Source: Octopus sinensis (Eukaryota). Taken from it: a DNA stretch of 35,638 bases. Of the stretch, positions 11,854 through 22,651 are shown one piece after another. The stretch is taken from assembly GCF_006345805.1 (NCBI RefSeq), contig NW_021826256.1, forward strand, positions 1 through 35,638, read 5' to 3'. Below the pieces are notes generated by a model. The model was not told where the DNA came from and ran no database searches. It was given only the letters and a program-made list of their open reading frames with translations. The number at the start of each line of letters is the position of its first letter. Position 1 is the stretch's first letter. The position numbers and the translations under genes were made by a program.

Positions 11854-12236
11854 ACAAACTCTCTTTTATTTTTCTAACATTACCGAGTTTCAAACTAGAA
11901 GGTTCCATTATTAAGTCCTCTAGTTTTGTTGTTGTTATTTTCTATGTTCGATTATTCAATTTCACACACACACACACTCGTACACGCTCACGTACAAATA
12001 CACATGACCCTCCATAAATCTCAAATTTTATTTTGGTACTTATGGGAGCAACTGTCTTCAAAGACATATTGTCATTCAATGCTCGAAATGAGGAGTAGAT
12101 AGACAGCCTGCAACTGATGAAGGGTCGTTATTTGTGTTACTTGTTCTGTTTTCCATTTGTTTCTCTCGTTGTTCGCGTATTGAACTCATTTGTTTTCGTA
12201 TTTCAAGTTGTTTGCTGTTGGTGACGACCTGTACCC

Positions 12237-12271
<35 letters not shown>

Positions 12272-13046
12272 GATTGATTGATTGATTGATTGATTCTAGT
12301 TTCAGCTCATGAGCTGTGGCCATGCTGGGGCACCGCCATTTGGTGTTGCTACTTGGTTTTACTTCACGAAAGCTTTTTAGCAACTGCCATTTGGTGCATG
12401 AGAGAGTTCGATGCAGCTGCCCTCATCTGCACCTTCTGCCGTGAAGTTGGTTCATCTGGGACACCTGACAGGAAGAGATCCAGTTCTATTTTAAAGACAT
12501 CCGCATCCACCCCATGCAGGTCTCTCAGGTTCTTCGGGAGGATATTGAAGAGCTGTGGGCCACGGAAGCCCAGGCTATCACAGTATCTTGTCCTACATCT
12601 TGATGGCAAATTTGGAGTCCTAGGCACCACGCAGTGGCGCCCAGTTCTGGCATTTGTGTAACTCTCGATGCCAAAGTTTGGGACACGTCCCACCAGGATC
12701 TTCCAGATGTATATTATGGCATATCTTTCCGCCTACGCTCCAAGGAATATAGTTTTAATCTCTTGAGTCTTTCCCAGTAGCTTACATTCTGCATAGAGGC
12801 TATCTTCTTCGTGTAGCTACGCTGGATCGCCTCGAGCTCAGTGATCAACTTGACACTGGATGGTGACCATAACTGAGAGCAATAGTCAAAGTGGCTTAGG
12901 ACAAGTGTCCTCCAGAGGACCATCATTGTTTCTTGTTCTCTTGTTCTAAAGGTTCTGAGAATCCATCCAGCCAGCCGTCTACATTTTATTGCCAGTTTAG
13001 CAACATGTACATGAAAGGTCGCGTCATCACTCATGTGAATACCCAA
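12272..13046 (-). mobile_element. CR1-clade-like LINE 3' fragment: RT C-terminal region, 3' UTR and (AATC)n tail
   Basis: GWILRTFRTRE...LWRTLVLSHFDYCSQLWSP...LEAIQRSYTK...YWERLKRLKLYSLERRR, a frameshift, then ...FRGPQLFNILPKNLR...FKIELDLFLSGVPDEP*. Tail repeat at 12272-12295. Confidence 0.9.
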
Positions 13047-13047
13047 T

Positions 13048-13132
<85 letters not shown>

Positions 13133-13136
<4 letters not shown>

Positions 13137-13297
13137 GACAGCTTCTTTCAGCTTCCATCTACTAAATCCACTCACAAGTCTGTGGTCGGCCCGAGGTTAA
13201 AGTAGAAGACACTTGCCCAAGGTGCCACCCAGTGAGACTGAACCCGGAACCATGTGGTTGGGAAGCAAGCTTCTTTCCACACAGCTACGCCTACGCC
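13133..13297 (-). mobile_element. SINE family A, 5' half
   Basis: Head plus CORE-like segment, followed on the minus strand by (TA)n and then the LINE fragment. Confidence 0.87.
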
Positions 13298-13307
13298 TGA
13301 ATGGTCA

Positions 13308-13364
<57 letters not shown>

Positions 13365-13706
13365 CTTTTTTTTTCTTCTTTCAAATTTGCTTCCATTTCT
13401 TGCCGAGTGTCTTCCCGACTCCTAGGGCAAAGAAACTCATAGTATACATTGGTAGGCCATTAAACCAAACTCAGTAGTTCGTTCTTTTTTTTATTATTAT
13501 TATTTTTTTTTAAATACATGAGCAGCAACAGTTCTCACATCGACAATGCTCTTCTCAATACGTGTGATGTACCAGTTAAGACAATCTTTTGCACTTCTTG
13601 CAGGGATGGTAAGCCAGGGATCATTCTCCTATAATTTTCGGTTCCCTTCTTGATCATTCCTAGTGCTCCTACGATCACTGGTATTGTAACCGCCTTGAGA
13701 TGCCAC

Positions 13707-13708
<2 letters not shown>
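13365..13708 (-). mobile_element. R4/Dong-like extreme 3' fragment plus UTR
   Basis: KWHLKAVTIPVIVGALGMIKKGTENYRRMIPGLPSLQEVQKIVLTGTSHVLRRALSM*. (TAA)n on both sides. Confidence 0.85.
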
Positions 13709-13743
<35 letters not shown>

Positions 13744-13989
13744 GACCTTCCCGAAATATTACAATGAATTTAGACCATTTTATGTAAGATAGAAGTTAAC
13801 TAGCAGAATCTAGTTGAATCTCAGCTTCTTAACCAGATGTGTTCGTGTTGGTGTGCCTGGTTAAAATGGTTTGGCACCAGCCAGCTTTAAGGAGCAACAG
13901 TCACCGTAGTACTGGTAGAAAAATGCAGAAGACAGCTCGTCTGCGCTGGGAGCCAGAGGCTGGACTGTTATGGCGTGCAATAAAAAGTT

Positions 13990-14670
13990 GTGGTTGTTGC
14001 TATTGTTACAACACCAATTGTGATCGTTGGTACCGTCGTTATTGCGATTGTTGCTATTGTTGTATTTGCTACTATTGTTAATGTTAATGTCGCTACCGTT
14101 TCCGTTGCTACTGTTCTCGATGCTGATAGTATTGTTGCTATCGATAGTACCAATGTTGCTCTTGCTATCATTGTTGTTGCTATCATTTTTGTGCTCTTGT
14201 TTTTTTTTTGCGATTGTTATCGCTGTCGCTGTTGTTTATGATGTTGTTGCTGCTAATTGTTCTAAGAGCTGCTGTTGCTGCTAATTGTTCTAAGAGCTGC
14301 TGTTGCTATCGTTGTTGACATTACTTGTAAGCGCGTTTGTTGTTGCCTGTGCTATTGTCGGGCTTGTTGAAGCCACTGTTGTGGTTGTTGGTGATAATGA
14401 TGGTGGTGCTGGTGGTAGTGGCGGCGGCGGAGGCGCTTTGTTGTCGTTGTTGTTCTTCCTTTTGATGTTTCTATTGTTGTTGTTGTTGTGAGGATTCTGC
14501 CCTTTCATGTTTTTCTTAAGATTGTTTGTGTAGATGTCGCTGTTATGATTTTTCCTCGTTATTTGTTGTTGCTGTAAATCTCCTTGAAGTCGTTATGTTT
14601 TTTTTTATTCCGGCTGTTGTTTGTGTTGTTATTGTTGGGATAATTGTTGTTATCGTTGTTGTTGTTGTTG
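13990..14670. repeat. Cryptic (GTT/GCT)-rich low-complexity tract with a 28-bp tandem duplication (about 14243-14307)
   Basis: GCTAATTGTTCTAAGAGCTGCTGTTGCT occurs at 14252 and 14280. Confidence 0.8.
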
Positions 14671-15245
14671 TTGTTCCTAAACTAACCAACGTCCCCTCCT
14701 CACTCAAACACAAACTAGGTCTATTTCGCTTTCTTCTCATCCCCTTTCTCAATTCACTTTATAAACATCATCACCATCACCATCATCATCACTTCCACAA
14801 CAACTATCACAACAACCACCAATATCTCCACTACTACAACCACCACCATCATCATCATCAACATCACTGCCACAATAACCATTACATCTATCACTATCAC
14901 CACCGTAACTATTATCATCATTATCATCATCATCATAAACTTCATGACATGTTTATACATTATATATATTTTATCTATATTTTTATCATGAATTTATTAT
15001 TATTATTATTATTATTAATAGAAATATTAAAATTACTAAGTCTCTCTAAAAGAGATCACGGCAGCGTTCCTGGAAATTAATAGTTATCGTCATACTAATA
15101 TGGCATTCTTATAAAAATAAGAATAAAGCTGTCCGCTTATTAGCTCCATGAGGCCATCGCCTTAAGTTAGCTATTTGATACACAAACTGTATCCATATAA
15201 CCTTCGAACAAGGGAGGTCAGTCGCTCCACACTACTTGACCGACA

Positions 15246-15287
15246 GCTACAGACGCGTTTCGGGGTATTGCCCCTTTTCAATGTAGC
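15246..15287 (-). ncRNA. Type I hammerhead ribozyme, U3-A8 core variant
   Basis: GCTACA-TTGAAAA-GGGG(CAATA)CCCC-GAA-ACGCGT-C^TGTAGC: 6-bp stem I, 4-bp stem II, palindromic stem III, GUC site. Confidence 0.75.
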
Positions 15288-15635
15288 GTAGTCAGACCAG
15301 TAGGTGTCGCTTCCGACAATCTCTGTTCGAAGGTTTTATTTACCTAGTTTCAGTGGAATACATCCACTTGTTTTCAATAATAGAAATATTAAAATTACTA
15401 AGTCTCTCTAAAAGAGATCACGGCAGCGTTCCTGGAAATTAATAGTTATCGTCATACTAATATGGCATTCTTATAAAAATAAGAATAAAGCTGTCCGCTT
15501 ATTAGCTCCATGAGGCCATCGCCTTAAGTTAGCTATTTGATACACAAACTGTATCCATATAACCTTCGAACAAGGGAGGTCAGTCGCTCCACACTACTTG
15601 ACCGACAGCTACAGAACACCTACTGGTCTGACTAC

Positions 15636-15677
15636 GTTACATTGAAAAGAAGCAATACCCCGAAACGCGTCTGTAGC
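15636..15677 (+). ncRNA. Second copy of the U3-A8 hammerhead with stem II disrupted
   Basis: GTTACA-TTGAAAA-GAAG(CAATA)CCCC-GAA-ACGCGT-C-TGTAGC. Confidence 0.55.
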
Positions 15678-15840
15678 TGTCGGTCAAGTAGTGTGGAGCG
15701 ACTGACCTCCCTTGTTCGAAGGTTATATGGATACAGTTTGTGTATCAAATAGCTAACTTAAGGCGATGGCCTCATGGAGCTAATAAGCGGACAGCTTTAT
15801 TCTTATTTTTGTAAGAATGCCATATTAGTATGACGATAAC

Positions 15841-15889
<49 letters not shown>

Positions 15890-15890
15890 T

Positions 15891-16092
15891 GAAGGCGGCG
15901 AGCCGGTACAATCGGTAACACGCGAGGCAAAATGCTTATCCCCATTCCTTTTGCTTTTGCGCTCTGTGTTCAAATTCTGCTAAAATCTGACTTTCTGATT
16001 CGATAAAATATGTACCAGTTGGACACTGAGGTCGTTGTAATCGACTTACAACCTCCCCCAATATTGCAGGCCTTGTGCCGAAATTTGATACC
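15891..16092 (+). mobile_element. SINE family B, diverged copy
   Basis: GAAGGCGGCGAGC...GTTCAAATTC...CGATAAAATATGTACCAG...GGCCTTGTGCC. Confidence 0.8.
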
Positions 16093-16210
16093 ATATTAAT
16101 AGTTATATTCATAAAATATATTTCCCATTTCATAATGAAACACGTGTAACACAGAATTAAAATGGTACTTCTTACTCTGCAAATACAATTCACCGGGTAT
16201 CTCAACTTAC

Positions 16211-16434
16211 ATACTCTTTTACTATTTTACTTGTTTCAGTCATTTGACTGCGGCCATGCGGGAGCACCGCCTTTAGTCGAGCAAATCGACCCCGGGACTT
16301 ATTCTTTGTAAGCCCAGTACTTATTCTATCAGGCTCTTTTGCTGAACCGGTAAGTGACGGGGACGTAAACACACCAGCATCGGTCGTCAAGCAATGCTAG
16401 GGGGACAAACACAGACACACAAACACACACATAC

Positions 16435-16483
<49 letters not shown>

Positions 16484-16638
16484 TACGACAGGCATCTTTC
16501 AGTTTCCGTCTACCAAATCCACTCACAAGGCATTGGTCGGCCCGGGGCTATAGAAGACACTTGCCCAAGATGCCACGCAGTGGGACTGAACCCGGAACCA
16601 TGTGGTTGGTTAGCAAGCTACTTACCACACAGCCACTC
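16211..16638 (-). mobile_element. SINE family A, full length
   Basis: Colinear with 7626-8113. Internal (CATATA)n. Confidence 0.92.
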
Positions 16639-16672
16639 ATGTATGATTTACTTATTTAAAATCTTATCTATT

Positions 16673-16877
16673 AAAGGCACAAGGCCTGAAATTTTGGCAG
16701 ACGGGTTATAGTCGATTACATCGACCCCAGGATTTCACTGGTACTTAATTTATCGACTCCAAAAGGATGAAAGGCAAAGTCAACCTCGGCGGAATTTGAA
16801 CTCAGAACATAAAGATGGACGAAATGCTGTTAAGCATTGTTTCCGGCATGGTAACGATTCTGCCAGTTCGCCGCCTT
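16673..16877 (-). mobile_element. SINE family B, near full length
   Basis: Minus strand AAGGCGGCGAACTGGCAGAATCG...GAGTTCAAATTCCGCCGAGGTTGACTTTGCCTTTCATCC...GTCGATAAATTAAGTACCAG. Confidence 0.88.
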
Positions 16878-17699
16878 ATTTTCTCCTGTAAAATAAAACA
16901 TCTCCATACTTGAATATCTTGTTATTGGAATATAATACGTATGTGATACATATATAATACAAAATTACATTAAAAATAGAAATCCAAAACCGGAAGAGAA
17001 GAAAGGAAAAAAAGAAAGAAACAAAACAAAAAATGCATTAACTCAACGGAACCTACTGAAGCAAGCCAACACGCGCGCTGCATTAGCACAAACTTTTTCT
17101 TTCCTTCGCCATTGCTTCTTTGCCAAATTGTTTTGGCGCCTTTTTCTCCCAGCCTCTCTGATTCCTTCTCTCCCTCTCTCTCTTGGCCACTGCTTCTGTC
17201 CTCGCCTTCCACCCTTCTTGGTCCCCTCTCTCTCTGTCCCTCTCTCTTACCCCCTTCTCTCTCTTACCCTCTTGTGACTTGCTGCCTCAGCCATTCTGTT
17301 GCCATCGGCCGCTTGTTCAACATGTGTCTCCTCACCGAAAAGGTAATTATTTTTCCACGCTTGCTGATATTGTTTTTGTGTCTCCTTTTGTCTCAAAGCC
17401 GTAGGGCGCCTGTGTCATCCATGTTTTTAACCGTTACTGTCTTCAAAAAAGTTTTTTTCGTTTCATGTTCGTCTCTGTTGCGTTGCATTCTTTCCTTCTG
17501 TGGCTGGCTGATTCAGAGCGGATCTCAGAATTAAACAGCCGAAATCTGCGATGAGGAATCAGTTTCTGACTGAAGAACGAAGGCTTTGAATGACCCGTCT
17601 GTCTCTTATGTTCGTCCCCTCGTGTATTTCACGTTATTTATTTATGTAAAGGTTTATTTTATTTATTATTTATTATATATATTGGACTTTCCTCTGCTT

Positions 17700-17726
17700 C
17701 TGAAGAAGAGCGTTGCTCGAAACGTT
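17700..17726 (+). ncRNA. Minimal hammerhead motif (family G)
   Basis: CTGAAGA-A-GAGC(GTT)GCTC-GAA-ACGT-T. Confidence 0.55.
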
Positions 17727-17816
17727 AAACCATCTTTCTTTGCTTCCCGTAGCGTCTGCTAATACTTTACATATACCACGTCCTCACGTTGTTGTTTGTG
17801 TGTGTGTTTGTGTGTG

Positions 17817-17853
<37 letters not shown>

Positions 17854-18077
17854 CGTGTGTGTGTGTCTGTGTGTGTGCGTGTGTGTGTGTGTAAAGTAAA
17901 CAGAAATATATAAACAGAAACATTTCTGTTTACTTTAAATTCGATTCCAGATAAACTCATGTTTATCTTTGTCTTAACACAGGTAATTACACTGGTTGTA
18001 TAACGGATACATTTATCCCTTAGACAGTTATTCCAACCTCTAACTCTACTAACCTGTATATATATATATATACGTCC

Positions 18078-18238
18078 TCTTAACGTAGCAGCTCGGCAAA
18101 AGAGATGGTTAGAATAACCATAGAATACCAAGCATTAAAAAGCAAGTACAAGAGTCGATTCCTTCGACTAAAATACTTTCAGGCGGTGCCCCAGCATGGC
18201 CGCAGTTTAATGACGGAAATAAGTAAAAGATAACGGAT
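18078..18238 (+). mobile_element. SINE family A-related 3' fragment
   Basis: GGCGGTGCCCCAGCATGGCCGCAGTTTAATGACGGAAATAAGTAAAAGA tail. Confidence 0.8.
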
Positions 18239-18339
18239 ATATATGTATGTGTGTGTTTGTGGGTGCTTGTGTGTGTGTGTATGTGTGTATGTGTGTGTGC
18301 GTCTGTGTGAATGTGTGTGTGTGTATGTATGTGTGAAGA

Positions 18340-18648
18340 AACACGGCCAAAACCACAATTTAATAGCAATTTTCGAAGTAAATGGAAAAGAAAAACTTTT
18401 ACCTTGCTATTTTTTATTAGCGGTTGTACCATGGTTTCGAATTTCTTTAGCAATTTCATTTACTTCCAAAATTGCCATTAAATCGTGGTTTTGGCCGTGT
18501 TGGCTGCTATTTCTAGCATGTAAAAATTACCTGTTAAAGGGTAGTTTTCTTTTGTGTTTAAATGTACACTAATTTTAAAATATGAATATGTTGTCTATTG
18601 ACTATGCTAGGCCACTGGTGGTGATATTTATAACGAATATTCACTACC
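18340..18648. mobile_element. HHR-unit family E: rearranged copy with a 45-bp inverted repeat
   Basis: Arms 18340-18384 and 18457-18501 differ at 3 positions. Homologous to 22175-22658. The minus strand carries an HHR 3' half, GAAACCATGGTA (18438-18427). Confidence 0.7.
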
Positions 18649-18679
18649 CTATATATGTATCTTATACATATATATATAT

Positions 18680-18752
<73 letters not shown>

Positions 18753-19562
18753 CAGGATGCGGTGAATAAACTGTCGTTTAAATTACGCAAAGATCATTTT
18801 AATAGATATATTTACTAAAATTACATAAAAATATCTTGAAATACTAAACGGCCTCCAAACGACTTCGGAATCTCCTGCAACTCTTCTCCTTGTTTAAGTT
18901 GGTGAATGCTGCCATAATCCTTGCCTTTGGTTCATCTTTGGTGTTACAAAGAGTTTTTGGGTCTCTCACTCAACTGCGCCCCACACATAATAATCAAGGG
19001 GATTGCTCTCTAGCGAGTTAGGTGGCCATATGTTAGGGATGGTGTGGTCGCAGAAATTGTCTGACAGCCATGACTGGGTTCTCCTACTTGTGTGGTATGA
19101 TGCAGAGTTCTGTTGCCAGACATAGGGTGTTGCAGCAGCCACCCTCTTGACCCAGAGAAGAATTACCTCCTCCAGGCACTTGATGTAAGCCTCTGTGTTG
19201 AGTCTGAGGCCGTGTAGGAAGATGAATAGAAGCATAATGTCACCATCACTATCGATCACTCGAAACGTCATGATGTTGACTGGATGCTTGATTTTTATCA
19301 CTCTCGGTACATGTCCTTACATTGCTCTGTCCTCAGATTGACACCCAAACATTGAAATGTTCGTACTGGAGCTTCCGACGTGATTGCCAAGCAGTACAGC
19401 ATGTCGTTTCCAAGTTTCTGACAGAGTGAATTGCGTCATGGTACTGTTTTCCACACAGACAGTGGCCAACTGACCCTAGTAAACTGTGTAGCCGACAAAA
19501 TCAAAAGCAACTAATGCGCATGCGCAAATTAAAAATATAAAATGGTGACAATTTACCCATCG
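18753..19562 (-). mobile_element. Internally deleted DD37D (maT/Bmmar1-like) Tc1/mariner element
   Basis: YVWQQN(D)SASYHTSRRTQSWLSDNF...WPPNSLESNPLDYYVWGAVE, with 37 residues between the 2nd and 3rd acidic positions. The N-terminus joins directly to the catalytic region. TA flanks; TIR match is weak. Confidence 0.85.
19515..19526. promoter_or_regulatory. NRF1/EWG-type palindrome TGCGCATGCGCA upstream of the transposase ATG
   Basis: Perfect 12-bp palindrome, 76 bp upstream of the minus-strand ATG at 19439. Confidence 0.4.
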
Positions 19563-19874
19563 TACTAATATGTAAGAAATTTCGTCCTAACGAAATCTGG
19601 ACACACTGTGGGGTTCTTTTATATCTAACATGGTTCGAATCGTAATGATCCGAAGAAACTGTTCATCTAGTGGCCGGATTGAAACATGTGTAGGCCTTTT
19701 TTTTTATTATTTCTTATGTTTTTGTTACTTTAATTATTTGATTATTTCTTATGATTCTGTTACTTTAAATTTTATTTGTATTACATTATTTGATATGTAT
19801 TCATCGTGATACAAATAAAATTAAACAAGTATCCACTATATTTCTTCTCCTTTTTTATATTTACTTAACGCTAT

Positions 19875-19910
<36 letters not shown>

Positions 19911-19913
<3 letters not shown>

Positions 19914-21462
19914 GTATTTCAAATTATTAACGACGTAACATTTTAAATTTTATTTGAAAACTACTTGTGAGAATTTTACGAATTTTTTACAGAATGATAG
20001 CACCATTTATATGCGCATGGTGTGTAAAAATGTGAGGTTCCATAAACCAACATAGAAACTATGCCATTTACCAAATTTTCGTAAACTTTCACTGTTTCAA
20101 ATTATTAGCGAGGTGTAATTAAAACTCATGTAAACAAGAAAATACCAATTTGTTTGATGTGCATACTGAAATGAATACATACAGTCGTAAACATGGAGGA
20201 AATAGAAATAAACAAATTAACAGCGTTCAAACATGATAGGTGAGCTGGTTAGTAAGGTATATATGAGCGTTTGTTTGAAATAAGTTGAAAAGGTGGTGGT
20301 CCATTGAACATGCCAATTTCTGGATCCCTGATGTTATACCATGAGATACATCTACTATTGCCTGCCACCCTTACTCGTAAATTGGCGTCCATTTTCGTAA
20401 ATTCGTCGCTTTAGAGTACTCCACAAGTTTTTTATTGGGTTTACGTCGGAGGAACAGGCAGGCTACTTCATCTTCCGAGGTCAACAGAAGCTAAATTGTT
20501 GCAGACACTTTGTAGTTTTCTTCGCTGAGTGCGTATTATCTTGCATAAATATTATGGTTGTCTTGGAGGTGATTCTTTGCATTTTTAACCAAGGTTCAAG
20601 GTGTTCCTTCAGGAAGGCTATGTAAGCATCTGCAGTCATTTTAACACCGTCAGGCACTTTCCAAAGACCAACCATAGCTCCAATAACACCTGCCCAAATC
20701 ATAATGCCTCCTCCTGCTCTCAAGCATTGATGATGATCTCCTTCATTTACAACCCATCCCTTGCTCCAGCCATCAATCCATCAAGAGTGGCACGAGTTTC
20801 GTTCGTAAACAAAACTTTTGAAAAATCAACCTTCATGTTATCATCTGCCCATATCAGACGATTTTGTATGTGTATTTTGTTTAAAGGAAGCCTTTTAACT
20901 GATGTCACTAGTTTACCGACCTTTTACAGAAGACGACATCGGATAGTTCTGAACACAGTTGTTTCACTAATGCACTTGAAAAGTTCTCCACTTGTAAGAC
21001 CTGGGTTCTTCACAGCTTCACGCTTCATTCGTGACAGAGAACATTGAGAAACAGCCCTCGACTGATTCTCGTCGGCTATCTTACGTATCTATGTAGAAGC
21101 TACAACAGTTTATTTTTTCATAGTTTGGCGATAACTTCCAATTATTTTAGATATTTTTAATGTTGATTTACCTTCTGCAAGTAATAACAGAATAACAGAT
21201 TTCTCTGAAGCAGTTAAGTCACATTTACGACCTATAATTACACGATTATCAGACCATTCGCTAATAATTTGGAGCACTGAAAGTTTGTGGAAATCATACA
21301 AATGGTCGCCGTTTGTTTACATATGTGCAAAACCTCACGTTTTTTACACACCAAGCGCATATAACTGTTGCTATTATTCTATGGAAATTTTGTTAAATTC
21401 CAACGTGCAGTTTCTACAAAAGATAAAAGAAAGTTACATCATTAATAATCTGAAATGCAGTG
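19911..21462 (-). mobile_element. Tc1-like (DD34E) transposon with about 130-bp imperfect TIRs
   Basis: 19911-20039 aligns with the reverse complement of 21331-21462 (for example ATATGCGCWTGGTGTGTAAAAA). Right end is CAGTG|TA. (TA)n on both flanks. Confidence 0.88.
20250..21235 (-). pseudogene. Tc1-like transposase pseudogene
   Basis: (I)GRKCDLTASEKSVI...GGGIMIWAGVIG...FMQDN...PACSSDVNPIKNLW. The catalytic E is mutated to K, and there are several frameshifts. Confidence 0.88.
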
Positions 21463-21627
21463 TATATATATATATATATATATATTATTGGTATTTTCAT
21501 TATTAATCAGCAGAAATTAGTGTGCATTGGCTCTTACCAAATTTGTTCTCTCTCCCCATATATATATATATATATTTATATACACGCACACACATACACA
21601 CACACGTATATAAATATATATATATAT

Positions 21628-21698
<71 letters not shown>

Positions 21699-22099
21699 TT
21701 ATCGAAACCTTGGCATAGAGTACCGATAAGTTTATGACATTCCACTTTGAAGGCTACCTCCATACAATTCAACAACAAGCAATACACACCAAATACCTGC
21801 AGTATTCAAGGCAAAAGGCATTGACCGACAACAAATGAAGGGTTTGCAAAACCAAAGCTGAAGACACCAGCCAAAGTTATTGCTAACTGCGAAAGAATGT
21901 CTCCTAGACACCATCTTCCCATGAGGCATTGAGCGGAGATGACAACAGTTTGGAACGGGATGAGAAAAATTAAAACTTCCATCACGAACTGCACATTGAC
22001 GCAGATGGCCGATGAGTCAAGAGAGTATTGGTGAAACTTGAAAATAAAAATAACCACCAAGTCAAAACACAATCGACCAGATATTATTGTGTGGGACCA

Positions 22100-22150
<51 letters not shown>

Positions 22151-22174
22151 ACTATATTGTAGAATTTTAATCGG

Positions 22175-22651
22175 CAGCAAATGAAAAGTGCCGAATTAAC
22201 TTCCGAAAATATGTTGTCTATTGACTTTTATAGATGCTAGGCCACTGGTAGTGAAATTTCTAAAATTTTGCTATCGTATGTTAATTTATGAATATGATTT
22301 TAGTCATTTCGGAAGTTAATTCGGCATTCTCCATTTACTAACGATCGAAACCGCGCTTGCGCGGTGAATTTGAAAAATTATAATATATAATGATGAGACA
22401 CGTGCTATTCTGTCTCTAAATTATATGTTAGTGTTTTGGTGTAGCCACTGATGAGAACTTCGCCTAGCAAATTATTTTATTTGCTAATTAGAGTTCGAAA
22501 CCTAGGTATGGCTGTAAAATAAAAGGTAAAAGTTCATATTGTTCATTCCCTTCGAAATTGCTCTTAAATGTGGTTTTGGATGTTTTGACTGCTCCTTCTA
22601 GCATGTAAGGCTGCCTGTTAAGGGTCGCCTCTTTTGTGTTTAAATGTACAC

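Larger units (their letters stand above)
15017..15844 (-). mobile_element. Penelope-type pseudo-LTR / retrozyme-like unit: 362-bp direct repeat plus inverted copy
   Basis: 15017-15253 is repeated at 15379-15615 (period 362). 15616-15844 is the reverse complement of 15079-15307. The whole sits in (TTA)n and contains HHR motifs. Confidence 0.8.

Noticed and set aside
12080-12130. CGAAA...CTGATGA in type II hammerhead order
   Set aside because: No complementary stems found.
15017-15844. CRISPR-like or satellite interpretation of the repeats
   Set aside because: Eukaryotic context with no short repeat-spacer periodicity. Only about 1.65 direct units plus an inversion.
19640-19700. ATCCG/CGGAT stem followed by GAAACATGT
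   Set aside because: The CUGANGA core is missing and position 17 is G.
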